DNA of 64,000 bases, taken from Bilabrum cf. latius (Eukaryota). Position 1 is the first letter of the stretch. Each line of letters starts with the position of its first letter. This document shows, piece after piece, positions 1-12,893 of the stretch. The notes under the pieces were generated by a model. The model searched no databases, was not told where the DNA came from, and worked only from the letters and a program-made list of their open reading frames with translations. The stretch is from the NCBI GenBank assembly GCA_965178125.1, contig OZ237744.1, positions 124,001-188,000 of the forward strand, written 5' to 3'. The translations under genes were made by a program, and so were the position numbers.

Positions 1-3000
1 CCCACCGTTGCGTCGGGAGGAACACGAACCTCATGCCTGATGAATAGCGGCTTGCCTCTCTTTCCCGCCCTGCCGCCTTTGCTTGGCTCCATTCGCTCCA
101 TCTATATATTGACAGTGTACGCCTTGGTCTTCTATTTCCGATCATACACGTACCTGGTCCACTTGAGCTGACTGCTCTGCACTGGGTGCGATGACTTGCT
201 GCCTGGAGAGTTGGGCTTGGTGCCCATTGTGCTCAGGTCGGCACTGCCACTCCCAGACGACGAGGACTTCCCCGCAGACGAGCCAAGCGTTCCGTCCCTG
301 ATCGATCGCAGGGAAGGCACCTGTCCGTGACGTCGACCACCTGAGCCGCCACCGGTGAACTGGCTGGGGTGCTGCCTGGGGTCGAACCCGCCTCCGTGGC
401 GGCTGGCCGCGCTACGTCGAGCAGCAGCCGCGAGGCCGCCCTCCCCGCCCGCCGGAGCGCCTCCACCCGTCGCCCCGGAGCGATCTGCCATCGACAGGCG
501 ATTCATGATTGCCCGGCCAAACCGGATTAGGAGAGACAGAGCGGGGCCTGCCCTCCGCAAAACATCCCGGCACACCGTCTATACCCTGGATCTATCACAT
601 TCGCTACCCGAGCCAGCGCCACGGACAGTGAGGCCCGCCTTGTGCGATATCTCAACGCCGTAACTCAGCAGCACCGCGGTCACTCGCCTCAAGCACTCCA
701 TGGTAAAGTCGCGCCACGTGGCTCTGTAGCCGAACTTGTGCCTCTGGTTCCGCTTGATGTGCAGGTGGCACGCGAGAAGGAGAGCACGTGCGTGCTGTAC
801 GCTGCTGCACTTGGCACCGCCCGTGCCCCCAGTCTCCAAGGTCTCGAGGGGTTCGCCCGCCTCGTTCACGCCTAGAATGTCATCTCTGTGGAAACAAGAT
901 ACCCTCCCGCCGTCCCTGCCCCGCAGCACCGCCTGCACTAGGTCGTGCAAGGGAGAGGGTGCCACCGGCGAGCTCTCTGTCCCGTTCCCAAGCGGGACAA
1001 AGTCAGCAGGTTCCAATGCATCGGGGCGCAAGCTAAACGTCCACAGAGCGTCAACGCCGCTAATCTCAAGAAGGGGCCGGTTCGGCTGCAGGTCCAAGTC
1101 CTGTGGGAGCAGCCCGACGCCCCGCGCCCCCGCCGTGGGGTCAGCGTCTGTACCCCCACCGGCAGCCTTGAATGCCTGCAGCTCCCCATTCATCCTCCCA
1201 AACATCCTCCAGAGCGCTCGGAACAGCCTGAACGTCGACATCCGCAACGATCCCGCGAAGTATGCAGCATGAGGCTCAGGCTTACTGAGACAGTCTTGCA
1301 AATCAGCAATACCTCCACTACTGCCGTCACCAGCCCCGGAGGCAGCTGCGTCCGACAGTGTCGCGCCCTTGGACAAGACCAAGTCGATTGGCAGAGCGAC
1401 GCCCAGCGTTGCGTCTTGAGGCTCACTACCATCTCCTGTCTGACCAGGTGCAGTGCCTTGAATTGCGGGGAGAACCTTGCCAACATACAGCACCTGCGCT
1501 TCCTCAACGTCGATAAAGTCGTTGCACGTGGTCGACGAGGCCCCGACAGGCAGCGAGTACAGAGGCAGCCCGCTGCGTACGAAGTCCATGCAGGCCTTCG
1601 CCTCGCGCGGCTCGACAGCCTGCAGCACCATCACGGTCCACATCTTCTCCAGCTGCCCCGCGGGCACCTTGGCCTGGCTGGCCACTAGGACGTACTTGAG
1701 GAAGGACAGCCTGTCCTCGATGCCCGCCTGCAGCGCGCCGCAGCTGCGACCATTCGTGGCATCGCCCGGCACGTCCACGGACGATAAATCACCGAACTTC
1801 ATCAGGTCTCCAGAGCTGAGGCGCCCGTCGAGGAGCCGCTCCAGCGCCCACTCCCTTGCTTGTGCAAGCGAGGGCACCGGAGTGCCGGGACCTCCATGGC
1901 TCCCGTCCTCAGACTTGCGCATGGCAGACCAAGCCGACAGCTCGAAGAGTTTCCTGCGGTCAGGCAGGGCACCAACGCCACCCATCGCGTCTCTCTTCGC
2001 CTGCATGACCCCCAGCCATCGCGTCTTGAACGCGAGCAGCTCAGCAATCAGTCTCTTGGCCAGGGCTCCCTTGCCGCCCATGCTCACGTCCACGCTTCGA
2101 ATCGCGCTGGACTGAGTCACCAGGCCCATGCCGGTCTTGGGAAGCACTGCGAGCAGGCGCCTTGCGATGCCGACGGTCTGATCCGAAAGTCCAGCGGGTT
2201 CGACTTCAGAGCCCTTCAGATCGGTCTGGGATTTCATTGCCAACGCCCCCGATGATGCGGGAGGTTCTACCAGCCCGTCCACGTCGCCAGCACTTGGTGG
2301 CGGAGGCGGCGGTTTCTGCACGACCGAATCCAGAGCCTCAAGGCACTACGTGAGCAGAGCACCAGCCCTGTGACGATTGGAGTACACCTGCAGGAGCTCG
2401 AGCAGCCCCTGCTCCGCGGCGAGGCGCGCCTCCAGGCCGACACCGTTGGCCTCGGCTTGAGGGTTGCAGGCACGCCACAGTATCGGCATGGCAAACGGAT
2501 ACTCGTCTGTTCCCCGAGGGCGTGCCTTCGGGCTGCCTAAACGAAGGGCCTCCGGTGCGTCCCACTCGGCCACTGACAGGTTCGTGGCGAACGGCGGCCG
2601 CCGCTTGAACGGCCTGATCTCATTGCCAGCCTGCTTGGATGCCGCCATGAGGAACTAGGAGACATCTGGGTGCAGCCCGCGCGCCGAGGTGATTTCGGCT
2701 TGCTGGAAAATGGCCCACAGCGCCTTTTCGTCCATCGATTTCGCCATGGCCATCAGGACGGAGCTCGCTGCGAGCCGGAGGTAGGAGGGCACCCACTGCT
2801 CGCCATCCACAGGTCGCTCGTCCCTCGTGGCCAGCGTCCAGAGCCTCCTGAGGATCCAGGCAGGGCAGGTCTGCGCCTGCTGGCTGAACTCAAACAACGA
2901 AGCGCTCTCGCGAAGAAGGAACGCGGGCGGGCCCAGCACCCTGCCATCCTCTAGCGAGGGAAGGCACGGCTTCATGCCCGCGAGATCGTGGTGGCCCTCT

Positions 3001-6000
3001 GTACGGAGGCGCTGCCTCTCCTCCTCTGGCATGATGGGGTCGGTTTCTTCCTCCAGTCGGCGGGGCAGGGGAACCCATTCATCTGAATCACCTTCGGGTT
3101 CTCGTTCTTCCAAGGGCCGAGCACCACCGAGGGCGATCAGCAGCACGTCGTTGACGTCGAGGAACAGCTTCACGCCCTCTGCAGTCATGCCGCGTTTCAG
3201 GGCCAGCTTCCCGCCGTTCGTTGTTTTGGAAGACCCACCAGGATTGCCACCTGAGCCACTTCGTCGACCAGTACCAATTCCCAAGGCATGCAAAGGGTTA
3301 TACCCGGTCGATACACCGAGTCCACTTCCGACTGAGTAGGATGCGGCTGAGCTCCTGCCGTATCCAGTCGATTTCGGAGCAGTTGCTTTCGACAGCGACC
3401 CAGTCACATCGTGGAACACTGGGTCGTCTATTCTGTACGCGAACCGGGACACGTTGCGGCAGCAGAGGTTCAGTAGCCTCAACCCCTCGTGTGCCACCTC
3501 TCTCGGAGCCATCCAGCCGTGGGTATCGGTCTCCCCCGTGTCCCCGTCAGCAGAGCTGCCTTGACCGCCGGGTGACGAAGCATGCAAGCCCGCAAGACCC
3601 CACCGCAGCAGCGATAGCCCACAGCAAAGGGTCGCTTTGGCACGTACCTTGTCGGCATCGAAATCGTAACGAGACACGATGTCCATCGAAACCTCCGACA
3701 CGTCTTCCAACAGAGACAGGGCAGCGAATCGACGAGACACCCATCTCTGCAGCTCGCACGCGGCTGGGTACTGCACTCGCTTCGCCACCAACCGAAGAAA
3801 CACGGGACCGAACGCCTTGCCAAAATCGCCGATGATTATTTTTCGAGTGGGTGCCCCAACCGCCTTGCACAGCTCGCTGAGTGCCTCAAAGGAAGGCACC
3901 CACTGAGGGAACAAGTCTCCTGATGAGCTGGAGCTCGCGGCTGCTGCCTCTGGCTCATCAACAGCCCTACCATCAGACACCCACTCGTAGCTATGCGCCG
4001 CAATGGATCCTGCCAGCGGGGCGCTCATGTCTTCGGGGTCTTCTTTCTGCGCCGGAGCACGCCGTCGCTGCGCACCACCGAACCCGCGGGTCCCGCCCGC
4101 GTTCCCTCCCGCCGAGTGCAGCGGAGGCAGACCCCCCCTGGCGGCTTCCTCGCTCTCTTGCTTCTCTAGCGCCTTGTGGATGTCGGTCACGCGCTTGGCC
4201 CCGCCCGCAACGAGCGATGCGCCTCCTCGTCCCCTGCCCCGCCCACGGCCCCGTCCGCCACCTCTTCCCCATGCTGACCCGACGGCGTGCCTGCCTCGGC
4301 CACGACCACGAAGCAACGGGTTTCCGCCGACACCACCCCTGCTGCCGCCACCCCAGGCACTCGCATTGCCTCCCCCAGAGGCTTTCGCGCTGGCCTCCCG
4401 GGCAGCAGCCTCCTCTTCTTTCGCTTTCTTAGCGGCAGCAGCGGCCTCCGCCGCGGCTTCTTGCTCCGATGCCTGGCCGCAGGCGATCCTCATCAACCGT
4501 ATGAGGTGGACAAACCCGCCCGCTGCAGCGAAAGCGTTCAACACATGCACCTGCAGCATCGAAACCCTTGAATAGTGCATGGACAAGCGGTTATACACAG
4601 GTGGCAGCGCGACGATTCCGCAGAGTGCCTTGCATTCAGCCTCAGGCACCTCTTCTGACGCTAGCTCCCTTGCAGTTGCAGCGGCAGCTTCTCGATCCTC
4701 GGCAGTAACACGAAGCTATTCGCTGCCCGCTTTGCAGTGGTGGCCATACAAGGCCTTGCAGGAGCTATCGCCTCCAAGTAGCTGCTTGAGCATGGTGATG
4801 TGACTCATCGGCAGAGGTGCGACCGGCAGCTGTCGGCTGGCTACCTCCCACATGCGGCTGGCATGCACTGAATGCAATCCGCCAGCCTCACTACCTTCAT
4901 CATCTTTGCTCTCGCCCGCACCAGATGAATCACGTGCGGATGCACTGCCATCCAGCAATGCGGCTGGCGCGGGCGGCAGCTACTATCCCGCTGCGCAGTC
5001 GGTGGAGGCAGCAATCTGCACTTTGCCTGCCAGCTCCGCAGCGACCAGCGAGGCCACGAGGCAGAGCAAATCTCCCACGTTCAAAGCTGCAGCGTCTTCC
5101 GCTGGCGTGGGCTACTGTGATGATGACGAGTTGTAAAGAGAGCCGAGCAAGCTGGATGCCGAGGTCTTCTTCGGGCCGCCCTCCTTGGGCTAGCCGTCGC
5201 TGCTGCTGGCTCCGTCGGGCCCTTTTGGAAGCTCTGCCCTGACCTTGCACCGCAGCAGCTATCGAACAAAGTGAGGCAGGTGTTCCCTGAGGAACATGGC
5301 GGTACCGGCCTGGTTGGGAATGCCTTCAGCGGGCGCATCATCGCCCGCAGGATTGGCGGGTGCTCCGGAGCTACCCGCCTCCAGGCTCGCCTCAAGCTCG
5401 GGCAACAACCCGCTGATACGTCCGTTCCCCGATATAAGCTCCCCGCCTAAAATGGTCCTGATCTTCGCCTCGCAATCCTCGAGCGCCTTACCGGGCACCG
5501 CCCAACCGTCCCCTGCCGTCTCAGGGCCGTAGGCATCCAGGTCATCTGCTTTGGCCGAGCCGTCTCCGTCTCCGGACCCGGACCCGGAGCCTTCCTTCCC
5601 GCCAGCTTTGTCGCCCCCTTTGCTTCCAGCTCCCCTTCCCTTGCCCGCTCCTGAGGATGCCTTGCTCTTCTTGTCCTCTACCTTTGGTCGCTAGGGCAGC
5701 ACCGGGCCGGTGACCACCACGAGGTCCAGCCAAGGGGCCGTCCCGTCCTCTTCGGCCCGCTGCGACGGGTCTGCCGACTGGGTGCAGCGCACTGCAATGC
5801 GGTGGCACCGCTCGAGTGGTCTGACAGCAGGCAAGGGGTCACCTGATCTCACCGCGTGCATTGATACCACTGGCATCGGCTTGGTCGCGGCGGCGCTACT
5901 ACCGCTGCAATCGCTGGCTGACCCTGTTGTTGCCCCCGCAGTCGTCCCACCTTGCCTGCTATCAGGGTTCTTCCGCGATCCTCCAGCACCGGCTCCGGCT

Positions 6001-6668
6001 GCAGCTCCTGGATCCGACAGAGCGGGATCACCAGAGCCAACAGTAGCTGCAGCAGCTCGAATTGAGGCATCCATCGCAAGCAGGGCCTCCAAAGAGACCT
6101 AGTCAATTGGCCGGCGATCCATGGCGTGGTCTGTGCGCCTGCTGCCAACCAAAAGCAGCTGCTTGCCGCCCGGCGCACTCAGCCTGAGGTTGCGCCCGAG
6201 CTGCTCAAAGCCGTCTGGCACAGCAGGCGGGCCCGCACTACTCTAAATCACACGAAGCGCATACAAAGGTTCGGGTTCACCATCGCCTGGGTTCTCCACT
6301 CGCTCAGGTTCTGGCAGACGGTGAGCGCGCCGCGAGCTGCCCCCATAACGTGAGGTAGATGCATTCTTCGAGTTCTCTTTCTCAACCTAAACAAGATCTT
6401 GTGCGTACCAATGGTCACTCATTTCCTAACCAGCTACTTGTCCAATACCGTAGCGTGTCCAAAGGTTGGCCGCTGCTCCTTGAGGGTTGAAGTTGGCCGG
6501 AACAGGCGGCTCGCACGGACTTGAGGCTGTGCTTGACGGGCCGACCGGTGCAGAAAGCAAGAGCCTGTTAAAGCCTACTGGTGCCATTGCCTATCTATAT
6601 GTTGATTCGATTCCGACCAGTGCCTTTGGTGCAACCGGCAGTTTACCATGCTTGCTCTGGGCTGCCAT
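1..6668 (-). CDS. Large USP9X/USP24/USP34-like (ubiquitin hydrolase family) protein, N-terminal part, with MABP-like N-terminus; continues off the left edge
   Basis: ORFs 132-575, 579-2321, 2346-2648, 2655-4649, 4716-4958, 5259-5498 and 5691-6092 share one frame and are separated only by TAG (16 in-frame TAG, no TAA/TGA) from ATG 6668 to the window edge. Motifs LNAFAAAGGF, RLSFLKYVL..LEKMW..AVEPREAKACMDF and GVDALWTF resemble the USP9X/24 helical region. The catalytic domain is not in the window. Confidence 0.6.
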
Positions 6669-6789
6669 TATGTCGATTTCTATAATTAGGCTACAGCCAC
6701 GCAAACCGTCAGAGTTTAAAGCTAGACAATTAGCTCAGGTCCGCAATATGGCCTCTGTTGCTAGTATTGGGCCAGCGGTGCCCAAATAG

Positions 6790-7303
6790 ATCGCATTCTC
6801 GGAATAATACGATATTTGTTGGTGCACGCTATAATTGACAATCGTGCAACTGTTGCACTTGTTGAGATTTTTGATCATGAGGGATTGGTTGGGCTCATCG
6901 GCAACCACGACTCGTACTACAGCTTGTGCGGCTGCTGTGTTAAGCCTTCATGCGGCACTGGTACGCTATGCACGGGCGACTTCAGTCTCGTTCAAATGAT
7001 TGAGTCCAAAGTTTTAGTCGCCGCCCGGTGCTATGTGGAACTCGGTGCCAAAGATTCATTTCAACCTGGCGTTAAACCCTCGCTGGCTTCGGAATGCACC
7101 CGATCCATTCGTTTCACTGAGCAGATGGGCCTTCTGGGCGTATTGGCGTTGCGGCTGCTTGGTGGGTGGTCAACACAGATGACCTACAACGCATCGGGAG
7201 GACCAGGATCGTTCGTTGTGGTGTATGTGCAGTAGCAACACCTCGCTGTGTTATCGCTTGGACTTGCTGTGGGCTCGGTTGGATCCGCTCATCATAGAGA
7301 GCA
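6790..7303 (+). pseudogene. Decayed 5' fragment (upstream region plus N-terminus) of the GH39-like gene at 23914-26019
   Basis: Clear nucleotide similarity to ~23800-24362 (e.g. CGGCTGCTTGGTGGGTGGTCAACACAGATG; TATCGCTTGGACTTGCTGTGGGCTCGG), with indels and frameshifts and abrupt truncation after ATCATAGAGAGCA. Confidence 0.8.
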
Positions 7304-8122
7304 GTAGTCTATCGCACCTAGCACCTAGTATTGATGTCGCGTACGACCACATCTGCCCAGACTGGAAGGCTTGAGAAAATCTTGATTACCGACTAATCTA
7401 CTCCAGTTGCGTGCACTACGCTGTAGACTGGTAGGTTTGAGGAGTATTGGGGGGTAGGTTAGTGGACACTCCGTCAGTACCGTCTCTGACTGCCGGTGAC
7501 GGGGTCTTAATGGAGCTCTTTAATCCCTCATGTAACCTCATTGGCGCTCTGGAATGGCACCCCCTTCCACAAGGAACTGCCAGTGCTCGCCCTGGAAGTG
7601 GTGGTACTTGAAGCGCTGGAACGGGAGGCAGCTTCCAGCCAGACAGACAGGGCACAGGCCGGCAGATGCGGGGTTTTCTGGGACCGCGGCACGAGCGCTT
7701 ATTGTGGCATTTGAGGATTCTCTACAGACGGCACAATGCGATCGCAAGAAGGGCTGGTGCCTTAGGCAGCGACAGGGGTGCTGCCAGAGCTGAGCCCAGT
7801 GTGTAGCACCAGCACCAGGGACTGAAGGTCCTCCGGTGAAGGAGCCCCACGGCTACCCAGCATGGCTGATCAATGCTATGGGAAGGATTGTTTATTTGCG
7901 TTGTTGCGTTGCACCGAACCGGAGTTTGGCATCTTCTGGATTGTCCGTCCTTAGAGTGTTGCCTTCAACGGTGCGTAGGCGAGAGTCTGAGGCACGCGCG
8001 GTCGTGCTCAGCTCTCTCCGGAAAACCGCGCGTTACTAAGTAGTACTATGAGTCTATGCTCTCTCCACCATCCCCGATTTAGCCAGTGCGTCCTTTAATC
8101 GAGCGAGCAATATTCGTAAGGT

Positions 8123-11100
8123 ATGCACATTAAACATCCAATACTAGTACTGGGACTAGTAGTGCTAGCCGCCGCTGTAGTTTCGGGGGACGCTGTTGAC
8201 GCCCATGGCACGACCGGGCTTGGAATGATGTTGGCGGCAAGCTGGGACTCGTGTGCTTCATGTCCATCCTTTCGGCTACCAGTGGGTACAGATGTAAGTT
8301 GTGTATAAATCACAAAATTGGGTGAAGCCATTTCTATTTGGCTTTCCACTGCTCTCATGTGTTCTGTCGTCACCAGATAGAGCCGGATTTTCATGAACTG
8401 GAACTGGATTCAGTTCACTGGATGCTGTGACGATACTCTATAGGCATTTTCCAGCCAAGTAGTGCTCAGTTCCCAACGTGTTTCTTCGCGCTCGCATGTC
8501 GTGCAGGTAAGCCTCTCGGCAAGCAACGCCGCAAAGGAAACGGAGCCAGCACAAAAGGTTGCTACTGTCAACGTACAAATAGTTAAAGATAGGCACCATC
8601 CAGTAGGTAGGATTCTGCAAGCAACCGCGAGTGCGTCGCCCAGCGCGAACCCCACTGGCACCACCAGCATGACGTCGTCCGCGAGCTCCAGCATGACGCC
8701 CTCCGTGAGCCCCAGCTTCGGGACCAGCCGCAGCCCCAGCCCCAGTGCCAGCAACACTCCCAGCCCCAGTGCCAGCAACACAGCAACGCCGACCGCGACC
8801 GCCACCACCAGCATGACGTCGTCCGCGAGCTCCAGCATGACGCCCTCCGTGAGCCCCAGCTTCGGGACCAGCCGCAGCCCCAGCCCCAGTGCCAGCAACA
8901 CTCCCAGCAACACAGTAACGCCGACTGCGACCGCCACCACCAGCATGACGTCGTCCGCGAGCTCCAGCATGACGCCCTCCGTGAGCCCCAGCTTCGGGAC
9001 CAGCCGCAGCCCCAGCCCCAGTGCCAGCAACACTCCCAGCAACACAGTAACGCCGACTGCGACCGCCACCACCAGCATGACGTCGTCCGCGAGCTCCAGC
9101 ATGACGCCCTCCGTGAGCCCCAGCTTCGGGACCAGCCGCAGCCCCAGCCCCAGTGCCAGCAACACTCCCAGCCCCAGTGCCAGCAACACAGTAACGCCGA
9201 CTGCGACCGCCACCACCAGCATGACGTCGTCCGCGAGCTCCAGCATGACGCCCTCCGTGAGCCCCAGCTTCGGGACCAGCCGCAGCCCCAGCCCCAGTGC
9301 CAGCAACACTCCCAGCAACACAGTAACGCCGACCTCGACCGTCACCACCAGCTCGACTCCGTTGCCGAGCCCCAGCTCCAGCATGACGCCCTCCGTGAGC
9401 CCCAGCTTCGGGACCAGCCGCAGCCCCAGCCCCAGTGCCAGCAACACTCCCAGCCCCAGTGCCAGCAACACAGTAACGCCGACTGCGACCGCCACCACCA
9501 GCATGACGTCGTCCGCGAGCTCCAGCATGACGCCCTCCGTGAGCCCCAGCTTCGGGACCAGCCGCAGCCCCAGCCCCAGTGCCAGCAACACTCCCAGCAA
9601 CACAGTAACGCCGACTGCGACCGTCACCACCAGCTCGACTCCGTTGCCGAGCCCAAGCTCCAGCATGACGCCCTCCGCGAGCCCCAGCTTCGGGACCAGC
9701 CGCAGCCCCAGCCCCAGTGCCAGCAACACTCCCAGCCCCAGTGCCAGCAACACAGTAACGCCGACCGCGACCGCCACCACCAGCATGACGTCGTCCGCGA
9801 GCTCCAGCATGACGCCCTCCGTGAGCCCCAGCTTCGGGACCAGCCGCAGCCCCAGCCCCAGTGCCAGCAACACTCCCAGCAACACAGTAACGCCGACCTC
9901 GACCGTCACCACCAGCATGACGTCGTCCGCGAGCTCCAGCATGACGCCCTCCGCGAGCCCCAGCTTCGGGACCAGCCGCAGCCCCAGCCCCAGTGCCAGC
10001 AACACTCCCAGCAACACAGTAACGCCGACCTCGACCGTCACCACCACCATGACGCCCTCCGCGAGCCCCAGCTTCGGGACCAGCCGCAGCCCCAGCCCCA
10101 GTGCCAGCAACACAGCAACGCCGACCGCGACCGCCACCACCAGCATGACGTCGTCCGCGAGCTCCAGCATGACGCCCTCCGCGAGCCCCAGCTTCGGGAC
10201 CAGCCGCAGCCCCAGCCCCAGTGCCAGCAACACTCCCAGCAACACAGCAACGCCGACCTCGACCGTCACCACCACCATGACGCCCTCCGCGAGCCCCAGC
10301 TTCGGGACCAGCCGGAGCCCCAGTCCCAGTGCCAGCAACACTCCCAGCCCCAGTGCCAGCAACACAGTAACGCCGACTGCGACGTCGAGCTCCAGCATAA
10401 CGCCGACTACAAGCCCCGGGGATCCAGTTTTCAGCCCCAACACGGAACCGAGCATCAGCGCCAGCCCGAAGCTCATCTGCACCAGCAGTCTCTGCGTGCA
10501 AGGATCCTGCCTAGATCTGCCCGGGTAGTAGCCCTCGTTCATCTGTAAGTGCAACCAGGGCTACACGAGGGGAGCGCTTGGTTTGTGCACGCAGGCTATT
10601 CCTCAGGACCCGTGCGTGAGCAGCAGCTGTAGCAACGGCACGTGCATCGTCAATTCCAAGGCACCGGGTGCCTTCTATTGCGACTGCATGGATGGGTGGG
10701 GGCTGGATGCCAGTGGATCATGCACTGTACAGATGGGTCCCTGCGATCCTAACCCTTGCAGGCACGGCGGCGAATGCACCGAGCGTCAAGATGACGGCTT
10801 CGAGTGCACTTGTCCGGATGGCAAAGAGGGGCTTCGGTGCGAGAGAATCGTGGTGCGAGGTGTCTGCGCCTCTTAGCCGTGCGGCGAGAGGGGGCTGTGT
10901 CTGGAGGATAATGCGTCGAGCCGTGGGTTTACCTGCATGTGCGACCCTGGTTTTGGGACCGTCAGAGACTCAGGGTGTCAGGCTGTTGAGAGCACTGGGA
11001 CGCTTGCTTCCTGCAGTGATGGAATTCTGAACGGGGAGGAGACCGACGTTGACTGCGGCTTCGTATCAGCTGGAGATGATTCCTGCGCTCTTTGTGGGGC

Positions 11101-12079
11101 TGGATCAAGTTGCATCTCTACGGAGAATTGTGGCGCGGAGCTGGTCTGCAGGGAGTAGGGGAGTACCTGCGGGCCTGCTGAGCAGCCGGTCGGCATGTAT
11201 GTAGGGGCTTCGGGTCTCCAGCTGCTGGGAGTGTCTGTGTTTCAGTTCCGCGCGATGCTTGAAGAACACTTCAAGGCGACAATAATGGCGGGACTGGCTT
11301 GCGATGAGGTGATCATTGAGCGTGTTGGACAACCGGCCCAAGCAAGTGGCCGCCGCGCGATGGCACCTGCTGGTCCCTTCCGTATCCAAAGGTCCCTGCA
11401 GGGAATGAATAGCTCGTCTCTGGGCGTGGAGGTGGATTTTAGCATGCGCTTTGCTGCTGGAAAAGACGAGTTTGAGGCGCAGCTGGCTAGTGCAGCTTAT
11501 CTGCGGAGCGAGCCGCAGCAAGGCGGCAATGGGTTGTTGGAGGACCTGCAAGCAGCAGCACCTGCACTTGCAACGAGACTGCAGGTGTCTGCTGATGACG
11601 TTGAGGTGACGAGCGAGCTGGTCGTTGAGGCGAGGGTCGTGGTGAGTGTGCCATCTACTAGTAGCATCCAGCCTTCGCCTCCTGCAGAGTCGCCCAGCGA
11701 CGACGGCAGCAAGGGGGGAATCTCTACTGCAGCAATCGCTGGGATAGCAGTTGCCATCGTGGTCATGGTAGGAGTGGGAAGTGCTCTGTATTTCTATTAC
11801 TACCGGCAGCCCGCTCAACAAGCCGACCGCAGTGCAGCCATCAGAGTGGCGGACGAGCAGGCGGTGGCGAGGCCAGCCAGAGCTGAGCTAGACGTATCTG
11901 TATTAAACCCCATAAGCAGCGCTCCCTAGATCCAGAGGAGTGGGCCTAAGTCTGCTAAGCGATTATCGATCCAGTTGGGGTCCCGGGCTGGTGCAAAGAA
12001 CGTGCTTCGAATCGACTACGAGAGGAGCAGGGCAGGAGGCCGGAGCACAGTGCGGCGCTCCGGCGGCTAGGAAATCTGA
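8123..12079 (+). CDS. Single-pass surface glycoprotein: signal peptide, Ser/Thr/Pro mucin stalk, ~4 EGF-like domains, Cys-rich DGxxNGxETDVDCG motif, TM helix, short tail
   Basis: Hydrophobic N-terminus MHIKHPILVLGLVVLAAAVVSG; probable intron from GTAAGT at 8294 to ~8380. One frame through TAGs at 10526, 10529, 10874, 11156, 11927 and 12068 to TGA 12077-12079. EGF cysteine spacing continues across the TAGs. TM helix AAIAGIAVAIVVMVGVGSALYFYYY. Confidence 0.8.
8660..10400 (+). repeat. Coding tandem repeat, ~120-132 nt modular units (TTSMTSSASSSMTPSVSPSFGTSRSPSPSASNTPSNTVTPTAT)
   Basis: Near-identical modules visible directly in the sequence. Confidence 0.95.
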
Positions 12080-12599
12080 ACGCTTGCAGGCTGCTTTGCC
12101 TCTTTTTGGATCTAGGGATTACCGTGAAAACTGCCTCGATCGCACAAGCATCTCCGTCGTCTGTGCGGCTCTGCCGCAGGCTTGCGATCCAGCCGTCCCG
12201 ACACGACTTCGCAGCACGACGTGAGTCACTCGGTGTGTCCTTGCGTGCCCACCCGAGCTCCTTGCTCCGTGGAGGATGCGCCTGGGTGGTGCTCAGCTTC
12301 AGGCCGAGCATGTCGCGTCGCATGGCTATCAGCCCTCTTTCTGCTAACCTTGGCGGCCCTGCCTTCGAGGGCGTATGCTGGGCAGAAGGCCCCCTTCCAG
12401 GGTGGATGCATTGGCACTGGACAGCATCTCCCACAACTGACCTCGGTGCAGCCAAGTCTCGATTGCATTCGGATCAGCCGCCCACACCAACTTGGTACCT
12501 ACAACTGCCACGGAGGAGAGAGAATACAATATGTTTGAGTCAAAGCACACACTACCCAATTACAACGAGCACCGCAGGGGGTAATCGCACTGGGCAGGT

Positions 12600-12893
12600 C
12601 GAGTGGCGGCGGAGAGAGAGAGGGGGGTGACGGTTCACCAAGTGGGCAAGGGAGTGGAGGAAGAGAAGATGATTGGTGGGGTCATCAGGCTGATACGGCG
12701 GATTGGAAGGGGGAGGCACAGGCCGGGCAGGTGGTGGTACGGGCGTGTGTGTGACGAGTGACTCGGATCAGGTGGATCGGATCACCCGACCACATGTGGA
12801 TGAGGAACGGAGGTCACAATTAGGCCCCCTAGACTTGAGCGGCAATCAAGCCGCGTGCTATTCGGGCGCTGAGGGGCAGTGCTCGCCAGTTTT
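12600..12893 (-). repeat. ~300 nt dispersed non-coding repeat, inverted relative to the copy at 23016-23370
   Basis: GGCAATCAAGCCGCGTGCTATTCGGGCGCTGAGGGGCAG is the reverse complement of CTGCCCCTCAGCGCCCGAATAGCACGCGGCTTGATTGCC (~23030); similarity extends across the segment. Confidence 0.8.

Noticed and set aside
6830-6840. Bacterial sigma70 promoter (TATAAT and TTGACA)
   Set aside because: The elements overlap and are in the wrong order, and the context is eukaryotic.
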